Below are positions 1 to 9,651 of a stretch of 64,000 bases of DNA, piece after piece; position 1 is the first letter of the stretch, and every line of letters begins with the position of its first letter. The stretch is taken from contig CABYNW010000004.1 in NCBI GenBank assembly GCA_902520495.1, forward strand, positions 40,995-104,994, in the 5' to 3' direction. Source of the DNA: an uncultured SAR86 cluster bacterium (GTDB lineage Bacteria > Pseudomonadota > Gammaproteobacteria > Magnimaribacterales > D2472). The notes under the pieces are model-generated. The model saw only the letters and a list, made by a program, of their open reading frames with translations. It was not told the origin of the DNA and ran no database searches. A program made the translations under genes and the position numbers.

Positions 1-1205
1 TTTATACATGAATATATCAGCTCATCTAAATTTGATTTATTGTTCTTAGATGCAGCTTCAATTGATCCTTTAAAGACATTATGCACATTTTCAATTGAAT
101 TCTTGCCCATAAGAATATTATAAATATTTTTATAATTTAAAAGTTTTTCATCTTTATTTTTTTGTAACTGGATTTTCTTTTTAGACTCAATTAAATTCTT
201 AATGGTCTTTAATTCCTTAGTATTAGAAATATTTTTTAAGATTTTGAGCTCATTCTCGATCTCGTTTACTGATTTATTATTAGACTTTAGGTCGTTTATT
301 AGTTCCAATACTATTAAGGTTTCATCATTAATAACTTGTTTTTTTTCAGCAAAAAATCTGTCTGCATCTTTGTTAAATCTTGACCATAATTTAGGATCAT
401 CACGCTTTCCCGCGGGTCCAATTTTTTGCCAATCATTTTTTAAATCTTTAAATTTATTAATACAAACCTGGCTATCATCATCATTAATTTCATTAACCTT
501 TTGTATTAATAACACCTTTCTTTCCTTATTAATTTTTTCTTGTTTTAAAATTTCCTTATTTATAGGTTTTCTAGATTCAAAATATAATCTTTTAAGCTTA
601 TGTAAATCCTTGTCTAAAACTGGTGCAAAACTCTGCCATTTATGAAACACTTGATTTAGGTATCGAGAGAGGTCTTTTATTGCTGGCCATTTATTTTCAT
701 GACTTGCAACATAACTATTAATTTCATTAATAATTTTTTCACGCTCTGCTGCGTTATTAATTTTTAATTCTTTAATTTCATCAAAATATTCTTTGCATGA
801 TTCCCAGGCTGTATTAGTTAATTCATTAAATTTAAGCCACTGATCTTTTGAAGCAGATTTGCTTGAAATATCTAGTAATTGCCATTGGCCTTGAATGTTA
901 TTTATTGCATGAGCATGTTTTCTTGGATCTTCTAATGGTTTTTCTATAAGTTTATTCACCATCGATATTAATTTATCTCTTTTAGGATTAGTCGCAAATG
1001 ATGAAATATCATCAAAATAACGCGATTGATTAATCGCTGCATTAAGTTTGTGTTTTAATTTATTTGGAATATTTTTAAAATTCTTGGCTTTATTAAATAC
1101 GCTTCTTACTATCTTTTGAGCATTTTTTATAGAACCATCTAAAAAAAGCTTCTCAGCAGTTTCTAATTCTTTGAATAAATCTTTACTAGTTTCCACAATA
1201 TTCAC
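1..1205 (-). CDS. DUF349 domain-containing protein (3' end beyond window start)
   Basis: Not in the ORF track because there is no stop inside the window. Manual translation of the minus strand from GTG at 1205 (in-frame TAA at 1217-1215 just upstream) is open to position 1: VNIVETSKDLFKELETAEKLF... It has repeated helical modules with the DUF349-type signature W-x-K/Q-x-G...LW-x-RF...FF, e.g. DLKNDWQKIGPAGKRDDPKLWSRFNKDADRFFAEKK. The start codon choice (GTG 1205 vs GTG 1196) is uncertain. Confidence 0.7.
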   Translation of the reverse strand, partial: MNIVETSKDLFKELETAEKLFLDGSIKNAQKIVRSVFNKAKNFKNIPNKLKHKLNAAINQSRYFDDISSFATNPKRDKLISMVNKLIEKPLEDPRKHAHAINNIQGQWQLLDISSKSASKDQWLKFNELTNTAWESCKEYFDEIKELKINNAAEREKIINEINSYVASHENKWPAIKDLSRYLNQVFHKWQSFAPVLDKDLHKLKRLYFESRKPINKEILKQEKINKERKVLLIQKVNEINDDDSQVCINKFKDLKNDWQKIGPAGKRDDPKLWSRFNKDADRFFAEKKQVINDETLIVLELINDLKSNNKSVNEIENELKILKNISNTKELKTIKNLIESKKKIQLQKNKDEKLLNYKNIYNILMGKNSIENVHNVFKGSIEAASKNNKSNLDELIYSCI

Positions 1206-1229
1206 ATATGAAGTTTATAATTATACTAA

Positions 1230-2222
1230 ATGAAAAAAAGAATTCTAACAGGAATTACAACTACTGGCACACCTCATATAGGAAATTATATTGGTGCGAT
1301 AAGACCCGCTTTAGAGATGGCCAAAGAAAATGAAGAGTCTTTTTTCTTTCTAGCTGATTATCATTCAATCATAAAAAACCAAGATTCTAATAAAATTAAA
1401 CAATCAGTTGAAGATATAGCTCTTGCTTGGCTATCATGCGGTCTAGATACAAAAACTACATATTTTTACAGACAGTCTGATGTTCCGGAGATTTTAGAAC
1501 TAAGCTGGATACTAAATTGTGTCACTGCAAAAGGTTTGATGAATAGAGCTCATGCATATAAAGCTGCATCATCATTAAACACAAATGATGCTGACAAGGG
1601 AATCACAATGGGGTTATTTTCATACCCTGTTTTGATGGCTGCAGATATTCTTATGTTTGATTCAACACATGTGCCTGTTGGATCAGATCAAATTCAACAT
1701 CTTGAAATGACAAGAGATATTGCAGCAAGGTTTAATCATCTCTACAAGCCACTATTAACCCTTCCTGATCCTATAATTGCAGATAAAGAAAAGATCGTAT
1801 TGGGTTTAGATGGAAGGAAAATGAGTAAGTCCTATGAAAATATTATACCCCTCCTAGATGATGAAAAAAAATTAAGGAAATCAGTGATGAAAATAGTTAC
1901 AAACTCCCTTGAGCCAGGTGAACCCAAAGACTCTAAAGAATGTACTGTATTTGATCTTTACAAAAATTTTGCTGATGAAGAAAAAATTACTGAATTTCAA
2001 AACTATTATGATGATGGCATTTCTTGGGGTGAAGCAAAGGAAATGCTATTCAATACAATCAATAATGAATTGAAACCAATTAGATCTAGATATGTTGAAC
2101 TCATTAAAGATAAAGATTATATAAATGACGTTTTAAGTGATGGCTCCAGAAAAGCTAGATCTATTGCAAAGCAAAAAATAAAAGAAATCAGAGAAGTTAT
2201 TGGTATAACAAATATATCTTAA
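1230..2222 (+). CDS. trpS: tryptophan--tRNA ligase
   Basis: 330 aa. Class I aaRS motifs TGTPHIGNYIGA (HIGH-type) and KMSKS (GRKMSKSYEN). Length and overall sequence are typical of bacterial TrpRS. Confidence 0.95.
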   Translation: MKKRILTGITTTGTPHIGNYIGAIRPALEMAKENEESFFFLADYHSIIKNQDSNKIKQSVEDIALAWLSCGLDTKTTYFYRQSDVPEILELSWILNCVTAKGLMNRAHAYKAASSLNTNDADKGITMGLFSYPVLMAADILMFDSTHVPVGSDQIQHLEMTRDIAARFNHLYKPLLTLPDPIIADKEKIVLGLDGRKMSKSYENIIPLLDDEKKLRKSVMKIVTNSLEPGEPKDSKECTVFDLYKNFADEEKITEFQNYYDDGISWGEAKEMLFNTINNELKPIRSRYVELIKDKDYINDVLSDGSRKARSIAKQKIKEIREVIGITNIS

Positions 2223-3412
2223 TGTCTATTTCAGGTTCTTCATGGTTAAAATTTGGCCTTTTTACAGTTGGATTAGGCCAATCTTTTGTTTTTGTTTTAG
2301 TGCCACCCCTTGCAAGAGATCTTGGTCTTAGTGTTATACAAACCTCTTCTATATTTGCAATATCAGCATTTGCATGGGCTTTAACAAGTGCTTTCTGGGG
2401 AAGAACAAGCGATAAATATGGAAGAAGAAATATTGCAATTTTAGGCTTGCTTGGTTATGCCATTTCATTAATTGCATTAATTACTCCGCTTTTTTTAGTA
2501 GAAAGAAATATCTTACATGTAGCATATCTTTTTCCAGCGCTTGTCTTAGGAAGGCTTATAAATGGTTTAGTAGGCTCTGCAACCAGACCAGCATCATTTG
2601 CATATGTTGCTGATACTTCCACAAAAGAAAAAAGAACATTAAAGTTTGCAAGGCTTGAGTCTAGTTTTTTATTAGGTACAGTTGCAGGACCACTATTGGG
2701 AGGTTTTTTATTCTTAATAACCAATGAAACACCTTTTTATGTATTTTCATTTTTTGCATTAGTAGCTGCATTTGGTATTTATAGAGAACTTGATAATACC
2801 AATATTAAAAAAGAAAATAATAATGAACGAACAAAAATAAATTGGTATTCAAAAACTATCCTTCCTTTTCTAATCTATGCTGCAATTTTAAGTTTATGCC
2901 AAGCATCATTACTTCAATCTATAGGATTTTATATCACAGACTTATTTAATACTTTTGAAAACTTACCAACGTTAATAAGTATGACATTTGCATTGCTCTC
3001 TATTTCAACTATTGTTAGTCAGTATATATTTACTGATGCATTTCCAATGAAAAACTTTAATCTACTTTTATTTGGTACTGTATTATTAATATTCTCATAT
3101 TCAACTATGGCATTTTTTCAATCAATTTCAGTTTATTACTTATCAATAATTATTTTAGGTTTTGGATTTGGAATGACAAGACCAGCATTAGCATCATCTT
3201 TATCATTAGCACAAACACCAGAAAATCAAGGTTCAGCTGCTGGATACCTTGGTTCAGTTATACCAATTGGCCACATGACGACACCATTTATAGCTATGCC
3301 TATATATGCAATCAATCCAGCATACTTGTATTATTTTAGTTCAATCTTATGTATAGGATTAGTATTATTTATAATATTTCATCCAACAATAAGGAAATCG
3401 GGCTTGATATGA
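2222..3412 (+). CDS. MFS transporter
   Basis: 396 aa and strongly hydrophobic, with about 12 TM segments. MFS motif-A-like WGRTSDKYGRRNIAILG. The start overlaps the trpS stop (TAATG). Confidence 0.8.
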   Translation: MSISGSSWLKFGLFTVGLGQSFVFVLVPPLARDLGLSVIQTSSIFAISAFAWALTSAFWGRTSDKYGRRNIAILGLLGYAISLIALITPLFLVERNILHVAYLFPALVLGRLINGLVGSATRPASFAYVADTSTKEKRTLKFARLESSFLLGTVAGPLLGGFLFLITNETPFYVFSFFALVAAFGIYRELDNTNIKKENNNERTKINWYSKTILPFLIYAAILSLCQASLLQSIGFYITDLFNTFENLPTLISMTFALLSISTIVSQYIFTDAFPMKNFNLLLFGTVLLIFSYSTMAFFQSISVYYLSIIILGFGFGMTRPALASSLSLAQTPENQGSAAGYLGSVIPIGHMTTPFIAMPIYAINPAYLYYFSSILCIGLVLFIIFHPTIRKSGLI

Positions 3413-4407
3413 AAAAAGCATTATTAATAGTCAATCTAGGGACACCGGATAAGCCAACTTATTTCAGTGTTTTTAAATATTTAAGACAATTCTTAATGGA
3501 CAGCAGAGTCATAAATATAAACCCTATATTAAGATTTTTTTTAGTTAATTTCATTATATGCCCAACCAGATCATTTTCATCTTCCAAAGTTTATAAACAA
3601 GTTTGGGATTCAGATACAGGTTCGCCTCTTTTGTATAATACCAAGCAATTATCAGATAAGTTGTCTAAAAAATTAGATGAATATGATGTTCATTTTGCTA
3701 TGAGATATCAAAATCCATCCATTGAAGATACTCTTGAAGAAATTTTAAAGAAGAATCCTGATGAGATTATTGTTCTACCACTTTTTCCTCATTATGCATC
3801 TGCTACAACTGGTTCTGTTTATGAAGAGATATCTAGAATAGTTTCAAAAAAATGGGTTGTACCAAATATAAGATTTATAAATCAATTTTATGATAACGAG
3901 AAGTTTATTGATGCATGGGTGGAAAAAGCTTCAAAATTTGATATTAAATCATATGACAAAATTATATTTAGTTATCATGGGGTACCCAATAGTCATGTAG
4001 ACAATGTTTATCTGGATTCGATGTGCAATGATCATGATTGTGAAATAAAAATTACTGAAGCTAATAAATTTTGCTACAAAGCTACAACATACGAGACGAC
4101 AAAATTACTTGCTGAAAGGTTAAATATAGAACCACATGATTACCAAGTAACCTATCAATCAAGACTTACAAAAAAATGGTTAACACCATTTACTGATAAA
4201 GTACTTGAGTCTTTGCCTGCTAAAGGATGTAAAAATGTTTTGGTATTTTCTCCTGCATTTACTGCTGACTGTCTTGAAACAATAATTGAAATAGGTGATG
4301 AATATTATGAATTATTTGATAATTCTGGGGGTGAAAATTTAGACTATGTGGAGTCATTAAATTATTCAGATCTGTGGGCTGATGCTATTATTGATATTAT
4401 TAAATAG
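3409..4407 (+). CDS. hemH: ferrochelatase
   Basis: The track ORF begins at 3349 inside the MFS gene. The conserved ferrochelatase N-terminus MKKALLIVNLGTPD starts at ATG 3409 (ATGA overlap with the MFS stop at 3410-3412). 332 aa, with typical HemH blocks (LPLFPHYASATTGS, FSYHGVP, DCLETI). Confidence 0.9.
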   Translation: MKKALLIVNLGTPDKPTYFSVFKYLRQFLMDSRVININPILRFFLVNFIICPTRSFSSSKVYKQVWDSDTGSPLLYNTKQLSDKLSKKLDEYDVHFAMRYQNPSIEDTLEEILKKNPDEIIVLPLFPHYASATTGSVYEEISRIVSKKWVVPNIRFINQFYDNEKFIDAWVEKASKFDIKSYDKIIFSYHGVPNSHVDNVYLDSMCNDHDCEIKITEANKFCYKATTYETTKLLAERLNIEPHDYQVTYQSRLTKKWLTPFTDKVLESLPAKGCKNVLVFSPAFTADCLETIIEIGDEYYELFDNSGGENLDYVESLNYSDLWADAIIDIIK

Positions 4408-4416
4408 GGAATAAAA

Positions 4417-5289
4417 ATGTTTCAAGATAATTTACTTAAAAATAAAAGAATTTTAATTACAGGCGGCGGTACAGGGCTTGGTAAGGAAATGGCAAATCAT
4501 TTTGCAAAACATGGTGCTGAATTATATATATGCGGAAGAAGAGAAAATGTACTAAAAGAAACAGCAGATGAAATAACTGAAAAATATAAAACAAATATTC
4601 ATTTTCAAACACTTGATATAAGGGCCTCAAAAGATGTTGATGACTATGTCCAGTCAATTTTTGATTCGGGTCCTTTGGATGGGCTTGTTAATAATGCTGC
4701 AGGTAATTTTATTTCTCCAACAAAAGACTTGTCCCATAAGGGATTTGATGCTATTGCTAATATCGTTTTTCATGGCACTTTTTATATGACACACTCAGTT
4801 GGTAAAAGATGGATTGAATCTGAACACAAAGGCTCGATTGTTAATATATTAACTACGTGGGTATGGACCGGCTCACCATATGTAGTTCCTTCAGCAATGT
4901 CAAAATCAGGTATTAATGCAATGACTAAATCATTAGCAGCTGAGTGGGGTAAATACGGTATTCGAGTTAATGGTATAGCTCCAGGACCATTTCCAACAAA
5001 AGGAGCATGGGAAAGGCTAAATCCAGATAATAATAATGATGATGGCATGATGAGTACTGTTCCTTTAGGAAGAGTAGGTGAGATGATTGAATTACAGAAT
5101 TTAGCAACTTTTCTAATGGCAGATGGATGTGATTATCTTACAGGACAAACTATAGGCTTAGATGGAGCTCAATATCTAACTGGTGGAGGAACTTTTTCAC
5201 AACTCGACAAATTGTCTGACGAAGATTGGGAAAATATGAGAAAATTAATACGTAATGCAAATAACAAAGATAAAGCTAATAGAAGCTAA
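4417..5289 (+). CDS. SDR-family oxidoreductase, 2,4-dienoyl-CoA reductase-like
   Basis: 290 aa. Rossmann motif ITGGGTGLGK and an NNAAG block. Overall resemblance to DECR / enoyl-CoA reductase-type short-chain dehydrogenases. Substrate cannot be assigned. Confidence 0.7.
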   Translation: MFQDNLLKNKRILITGGGTGLGKEMANHFAKHGAELYICGRRENVLKETADEITEKYKTNIHFQTLDIRASKDVDDYVQSIFDSGPLDGLVNNAAGNFISPTKDLSHKGFDAIANIVFHGTFYMTHSVGKRWIESEHKGSIVNILTTWVWTGSPYVVPSAMSKSGINAMTKSLAAEWGKYGIRVNGIAPGPFPTKGAWERLNPDNNNDDGMMSTVPLGRVGEMIELQNLATFLMADGCDYLTGQTIGLDGAQYLTGGGTFSQLDKLSDEDWENMRKLIRNANNKDKANRS

Positions 5290-5304
5290 TTTTGGAGTTT
5301 AAAT

Positions 5305-6732
5305 ATGACTAATTATGATGAAATGAACAGAATTCTTTCTAATCAAAAAGAGTTCTTTGTTAAAAATGGCGCTCCATCTGTGGAGTTAAGGATTGACAGA
5401 CTTGAGAGACTGAAAACTCTGATAATGGATAATCGTTATGACTTTGTTGAAGCTTTGAATTCTGATTTTGGAAATAGATCAAAGAATGCATCAATGCTAT
5501 CTGATGTTTATGGAATTATGCCTGCTATCAACCAGGCTATAAAGAATGTTAAAAAGTGGAGCAAGCCTGAAAAAAAATCATCAAATTTTCCTTTTGGGCT
5601 TCTTGGAGCGAAATCTTATATAAAATATGAGCCGTTAGGAACAGTTGGAATGATATCACCATGGAATTTCCCTGTTAATTTAGCTTTTGTACCTCTTGTA
5701 TCAATTTTTGCTGCTGGAAATCAGGTAATGCATAAACCTAGTGAGCATACACCGATAACATCATCACTTTTAAAAGATCTATGCGACAAAGCTTATGATG
5801 AAAATGAATTTGCAACTTTTCTAGGGGGCCCTGATGTAGGAGAGTCATTTACAAAACTTAAGTTCGATCATCTTTTATATACTGGTGGTGGTTCTGTTGC
5901 AAAACATGTAATGAATGCTGCATCTCAAAATTTAGTGCCATGCACATTAGAGCTTGGAGGAAAATCACCTGTAGTTATTGGGAAGTCAGCTGATTTAAAA
6001 ACTACTGCTAAAAGAATTATGTTTGGAAAAACACTTAATGCTGGTCAAATATGTCTTGCTCCAGATTATGTAGTCTTGCACAAAGATCAAAAAGAAGAAT
6101 TTATTAATGAGACAAAAGATGCTGTATCAGAGTTCTATCCTAACTTAAAAGACAATGAAGATTACACATCAATAATTAATGAAAAACATTACGATAGATT
6201 AAAAGAATTATTAGATGATGCTATCGAAAAGGGCGCTAATGTTGATGAAATTAATCCATCAGATGAAGACTTTTCACAACAAGAGTTTTATAAAATTCCA
6301 CCAACTATAGTAACTAATACAACTAACGATATGAAGATCATGCAAGAAGAGATTTTCGGACCACTTTTACCAGTTGTAGAATACGATGAAATTGATGAAG
6401 CTACTACCTTAATTAATTCTAAGGATAGGCCGCTTGGTCTTTATTATTTTGGAAACAATAAAGAAGAGGAAGATAATTTATTAAATAAGACTTCTTCAGG
6501 CGGTGTAACTGTAAATAATGTTATAAGTCATCTTCAACAGAATGACTTATCATTCGGCGGTGTTGGGCCATCTGGAATGGGGAGATACAAATCCTTTGAT
6601 GGCTTTAAAAATTTTTCAAATCCAAGAGCTTACTACAAAGATGTTAGTTTTAAACTAGATAAATTCTTTGATGCGGTTAGGCCGCCATACAAAGGCAATA
6701 TAGAAAAAGTATTAAAACAATTAATGAAATAG
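5305..6732 (+). CDS. aldehyde dehydrogenase family protein (ALDH3/coniferyl-aldehyde DH-like)
   Basis: 475 aa. ALDH signatures ELGGKSP and the catalytic-Cys block GQICLAPDY, plus the EEIFGPLLPV block. Confidence 0.85.
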   Translation: MTNYDEMNRILSNQKEFFVKNGAPSVELRIDRLERLKTLIMDNRYDFVEALNSDFGNRSKNASMLSDVYGIMPAINQAIKNVKKWSKPEKKSSNFPFGLLGAKSYIKYEPLGTVGMISPWNFPVNLAFVPLVSIFAAGNQVMHKPSEHTPITSSLLKDLCDKAYDENEFATFLGGPDVGESFTKLKFDHLLYTGGGSVAKHVMNAASQNLVPCTLELGGKSPVVIGKSADLKTTAKRIMFGKTLNAGQICLAPDYVVLHKDQKEEFINETKDAVSEFYPNLKDNEDYTSIINEKHYDRLKELLDDAIEKGANVDEINPSDEDFSQQEFYKIPPTIVTNTTNDMKIMQEEIFGPLLPVVEYDEIDEATTLINSKDRPLGLYYFGNNKEEEDNLLNKTSSGGVTVNNVISHLQQNDLSFGGVGPSGMGRYKSFDGFKNFSNPRAYYKDVSFKLDKFFDAVRPPYKGNIEKVLKQLMK

Positions 6733-6736
6733 TTTT

Positions 6737-7966
6737 GTGTCCACTATATCTCTGAAATTAGGTTATAAATACCTTAGATCTAATAAAGGAGGAATGTTTT
6801 CCTTTACCACAATATTAGCAATCGTTGGCTTAATGATTGGTATTTCAAGTTTAATTGTTGTTACCTCAGTTATGAACGGCTTTGAAAAAGAGCTTGAAAA
6901 TAGAATATTGGGTGTAATTCCTCACTCAGTTATTTATTCTGATGGGCCTATAAAAGATTATGAAAACCTCATAAAAGATATAAAAGAAGAACCAAATATT
7001 ATTGATGCATCACCTTATATATCACTCCAAGGATTAGTTACCTCACAATTCAATAGTAAGGGTATTAATATTATTGGAATAGATATTGATAATGAAAAAA
7101 ATATGTCAATTATTCCAGATTATATGTTGGTTGGAGATATAAAAAATCTAGAATCAAATAATTCTATTATTATAGGATCGCTTTTAGCCGCCAATCTTGG
7201 TGTGTATGTCGGCGATAAGATAAACATAACAACGTCTGATATAAAAACATCCATTATTGGATCTTATCCAACTTCAGTAAATTTAAAAATAGTTGGTATA
7301 TACGAACTTAAAACAGAAATAGATCAAGTTATGACGATAGTGGCCCATTCAACAGCACAAAAATTAAAAAATATAAATACTGATGAAACTATCTCCATTA
7401 GATTAAAGACTAATGATTTATTTAATGCGGATGTTATCAGTAATAATGTAATAAAAAAAATTAATAACGAATTAGATTTTTCATCTTGGAAGTCAACTCA
7501 TGGAACTCTTTTCGAAGCTATCAAATTTGAAAAATTATTAATTAGCTTAATGTTATTTTTGATTGTTGCCGTTGCATCAATATTGGTTCTTTCAACTGTT
7601 ATTATGACTGTAAAATCAAAAGAAAGAGAAATAGGAATTTTATTAACTTTAGGTGCCAGTTCTAAACAAATTACATTAATATTTTTTACCCAAGGAATAA
7701 TTGTAAGTTTAATAGGAATTATTTTTGGAATTTTATTAGGTTTTTTATTAACCTTAAATCTTAATAATATAATTTCAATTTTAGAGTCTTTTCTTCAGAG
7801 AAATCTTTTAGAAGCTTATTTTATAAATTATTTTCCTTACTACATTAATTACACACAAATTTTTATTATCTGCACAGCGTCTTTCGTAATTAGCTTATTA
7901 TCATCGCTTATTCCCTCAATGAAAGCTGTTAAATTAAATCCTGTTGAAATATTAAGACATGAATAA
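6737..7966 (+). CDS. lipoprotein-releasing ABC transporter permease, LolC/LolE family (only copy in the locus)
   Basis: 409 aa with a GTG start. N-terminal TM, large periplasmic domain, and a C-terminal FtsX-type 3-TM bundle. N-terminus LKLGYKYLRSNKGGMFSF is typical of LolC/E. Followed by lolD with an 8-nt overlap. Confidence 0.8.
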   Translation: MSTISLKLGYKYLRSNKGGMFSFTTILAIVGLMIGISSLIVVTSVMNGFEKELENRILGVIPHSVIYSDGPIKDYENLIKDIKEEPNIIDASPYISLQGLVTSQFNSKGINIIGIDIDNEKNMSIIPDYMLVGDIKNLESNNSIIIGSLLAANLGVYVGDKINITTSDIKTSIIGSYPTSVNLKIVGIYELKTEIDQVMTIVAHSTAQKLKNINTDETISIRLKTNDLFNADVISNNVIKKINNELDFSSWKSTHGTLFEAIKFEKLLISLMLFLIVAVASILVLSTVIMTVKSKEREIGILLTLGASSKQITLIFFTQGIIVSLIGIIFGILLGFLLTLNLNNIISILESFLQRNLLEAYFINYFPYYINYTQIFIICTASFVISLLSSLIPSMKAVKLNPVEILRHE

Positions 7967-8636
7967 ATTAGAATGCATAAAACTTTCAAAGTCTTTCATG
8001 GTTAACAATGAAACTCTCAATGTTTTATCAAATGTCAATATACAGATAAATGAATCTGAAAAAGTTGCTATTTCAGGTAAGTCTGGTGCAGGAAAATCTA
8101 CATTACTTCACATAATGGCAGGTCTTGATATGCCTTCAAGTGGGATAGTTACATACAATAACAGTAATTTTTTAAATATCTCTTTAAATAGTTTAAGTAA
8201 AATTAGACTGTTAAATTTTGGTTTTGTTTATCAATTTCATCATTTACTTGACGACTTAACCATAGAAGAAAATATATCTATCCCCGCAATGTTAAATGGG
8301 AGCTATAACAAAAATACTAAAAATAAAATTCATAAACTTATGAAAAAATTAAACATCCATGATAGAAAGAATCATTTACCTTGGAAGCTTTCTGGTGGAG
8401 AAAAACAAAGAGCTGCAATTGCTAGGGCTCTTACAAACAATCCAAAGTTTTTGTTTCTTGATGAACCAACAGGAAACTTGGATATAGATAATGCAAGCAT
8501 TATTCAAGATATTCTAATAGATATATCAGATAACTATGGTGTTGCTTTAATCACAGCTACTCATGATAATGAGTTTATAAAAGCATTTAATAAAGTTTTT
8601 GAGCTTTCTAATGCAAAACTAAATGAATTGAAATGA
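7959..8636 (+). CDS. lolD: lipoprotein-releasing ABC transporter ATP-binding protein
   Basis: 225 aa. Walker [13 protein letters not shown] signature LSGGEKQR, Walker [13 protein letters not shown]. Sits directly after the Lol permease gene. Confidence 0.85.
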   Translation: MNKLECIKLSKSFMVNNETLNVLSNVNIQINESEKVAISGKSGAGKSTLLHIMAGLDMPSSGIVTYNNSNFLNISLNSLSKIRLLNFGFVYQFHHLLDDLTIEENISIPAMLNGSYNKNTKNKIHKLMKKLNIHDRKNHLPWKLSGGEKQRAAIARALTNNPKFLFLDEPTGNLDIDNASIIQDILIDISDNYGVALITATHDNEFIKAFNKVFELSNAKLNELK

Positions 8637-9247
8637 ATGAATTTATAACAGCTGGCGGACCTTTTATGTGGCCATTACTGGCATGTAGCGTTTTGATTAT
8701 AAGTATATCAATTGAAAAATCATGGTTCCTTCAAAATAGACTAGTTCTACCAATTGGACTTTCAAGACAAGTTATTAATCTCTTAGAAAATAACTTATTA
8801 ACAAATAAACAATCAATTGAAATTTCTAATTTATCATCGCTAGGTTTTTTGTTAATAAACTGTATTAAATACAAAGATCTTCCCAGAGAAAATTTAGAAT
8901 CCAAGATTGAAGAAAAGGCTATTGAAGTTAAATATATTTTAGAAAGAAGATTATCTATGTTGGGTACCATTGCAACGATTAGTCCGTTACTAGGACTTCT
9001 AGGAACTGTAGTTGGTATGATTACAGCATTTACTGGCCTAACTGAAACATCTGGAGCTAATCCAGACCTATTAGCAGCAGGTATTTCACAAGCTTTAATT
9101 ACAACAGCATTTGGTTTATTAATAGCAGTTCCTGGTCTTGTTCTTCATAAATATTTTGAACAAAAAATAAACTACCTATTAATCAATCTCCAAAAAGAAG
9201 TATCAGAATTTATTGATATCATTAATCCAAATTCAATACCTTTCTAA
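8633..9247 (+). CDS. MotA/TolQ/ExbB-family proton-channel protein
   Basis: 204 aa with 3 TM. Conserved C-terminal core [14 protein letters not shown] ... [14 protein letters not shown]. 4-nt overlap with lolD. Confidence 0.8.
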   Translation: MNEFITAGGPFMWPLLACSVLIISISIEKSWFLQNRLVLPIGLSRQVINLLENNLLTNKQSIEISNLSSLGFLLINCIKYKDLPRENLESKIEEKAIEVKYILERRLSMLGTIATISPLLGLLGTVVGMITAFTGLTETSGANPDLLAAGISQALITTAFGLLIAVPGLVLHKYFEQKINYLLINLQKEVSEFIDIINPNSIPF

Positions 9248-9651
9248 TGAAATTCATATCAAATGAAAAAAAATTATTTACTATTGAGATAACTCCTCTG
9301 ATAGATATTGTTTTTTTACTGGTTATATTTTTTGTCGTAACTTCGAAAGTAGGCGATTCACAATTTCTTTCACTTGACTTGCCTAAAACTGAATCATTCG
9401 AATATAAAACTGTCCAATCAATGAACGAGATTGTAATTATTAATAATGGAAGTATATATATTAATAATGATGTATTTAATATTGAGGATATAAATAATTT
9501 AGATCAGGCTATTTTTGAATTAGAAAATAACGGTAATTCAGTTATTTTAAGTGCTGAATCTGATAGCTTGCATATATGGATTATTACTGTGATGGATATA
9601 CTAAATAAGTATGGATTTAATGAAGTCCAAATAAGAACTATAGAAAAATGA
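9247..9651 (+). CDS. ExbD/TolR-family biopolymer transport protein
   Basis: 134 aa. Single N-terminal TM carrying the conserved Asp (ITPLIDIVFLLVIFF), followed by a periplasmic ExbD-type domain. 1-nt overlap with the ExbB-like gene. Confidence 0.8.
   Translation: MKFISNEKKLFTIEITPLIDIVFLLVIFFVVTSKVGDSQFLSLDLPKTESFEYKTVQSMNEIVIINNGSIYINNDVFNIEDINNLDQAIFELENNGNSVILSAESDSLHIWIITVMDILNKYGFNEVQIRTIEK

Noticed and set aside
202-645. 147-aa plus-strand ORF from the track.
   Set aside because: It is L/S/F-rich and low-complexity, and lies exactly antisense to the well-supported DUF349 frame. It is a mirror-image artefact of AAA/GAA/AAT-rich codons.
2455-2724. Antisense track ORFs nested in well-supported genes. 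These include 2455..2724, 4457..4657, 4782..5048, 8731..8970, 11486..11788, 13693..13971, 16149..16349, 17795..17980, 18911..19249, 19564..19758, 20654..20854, 35306..35533, 39000..39389, 42280..42852, 44174..44359, 46459..46647, 48468..48653, 52440..53011 and 63392..63610.
   Set aside because: Each lies opposite a gene with strong homology-type evidence, has a biased low-complexity composition, and has no start context or recognisable motif.
3349-3408. 5' extensions of track ORFs: hemH 3349, kdsB 12379, DUF885 17211, mnmA 49408, nqrF 56019 and nqrC 58089.
   Set aside because: The extensions overlap the upstream gene and precede the conserved family N-termini. Internal ATGs give canonical N-termini and the usual 1-8-nt coupling overlaps.
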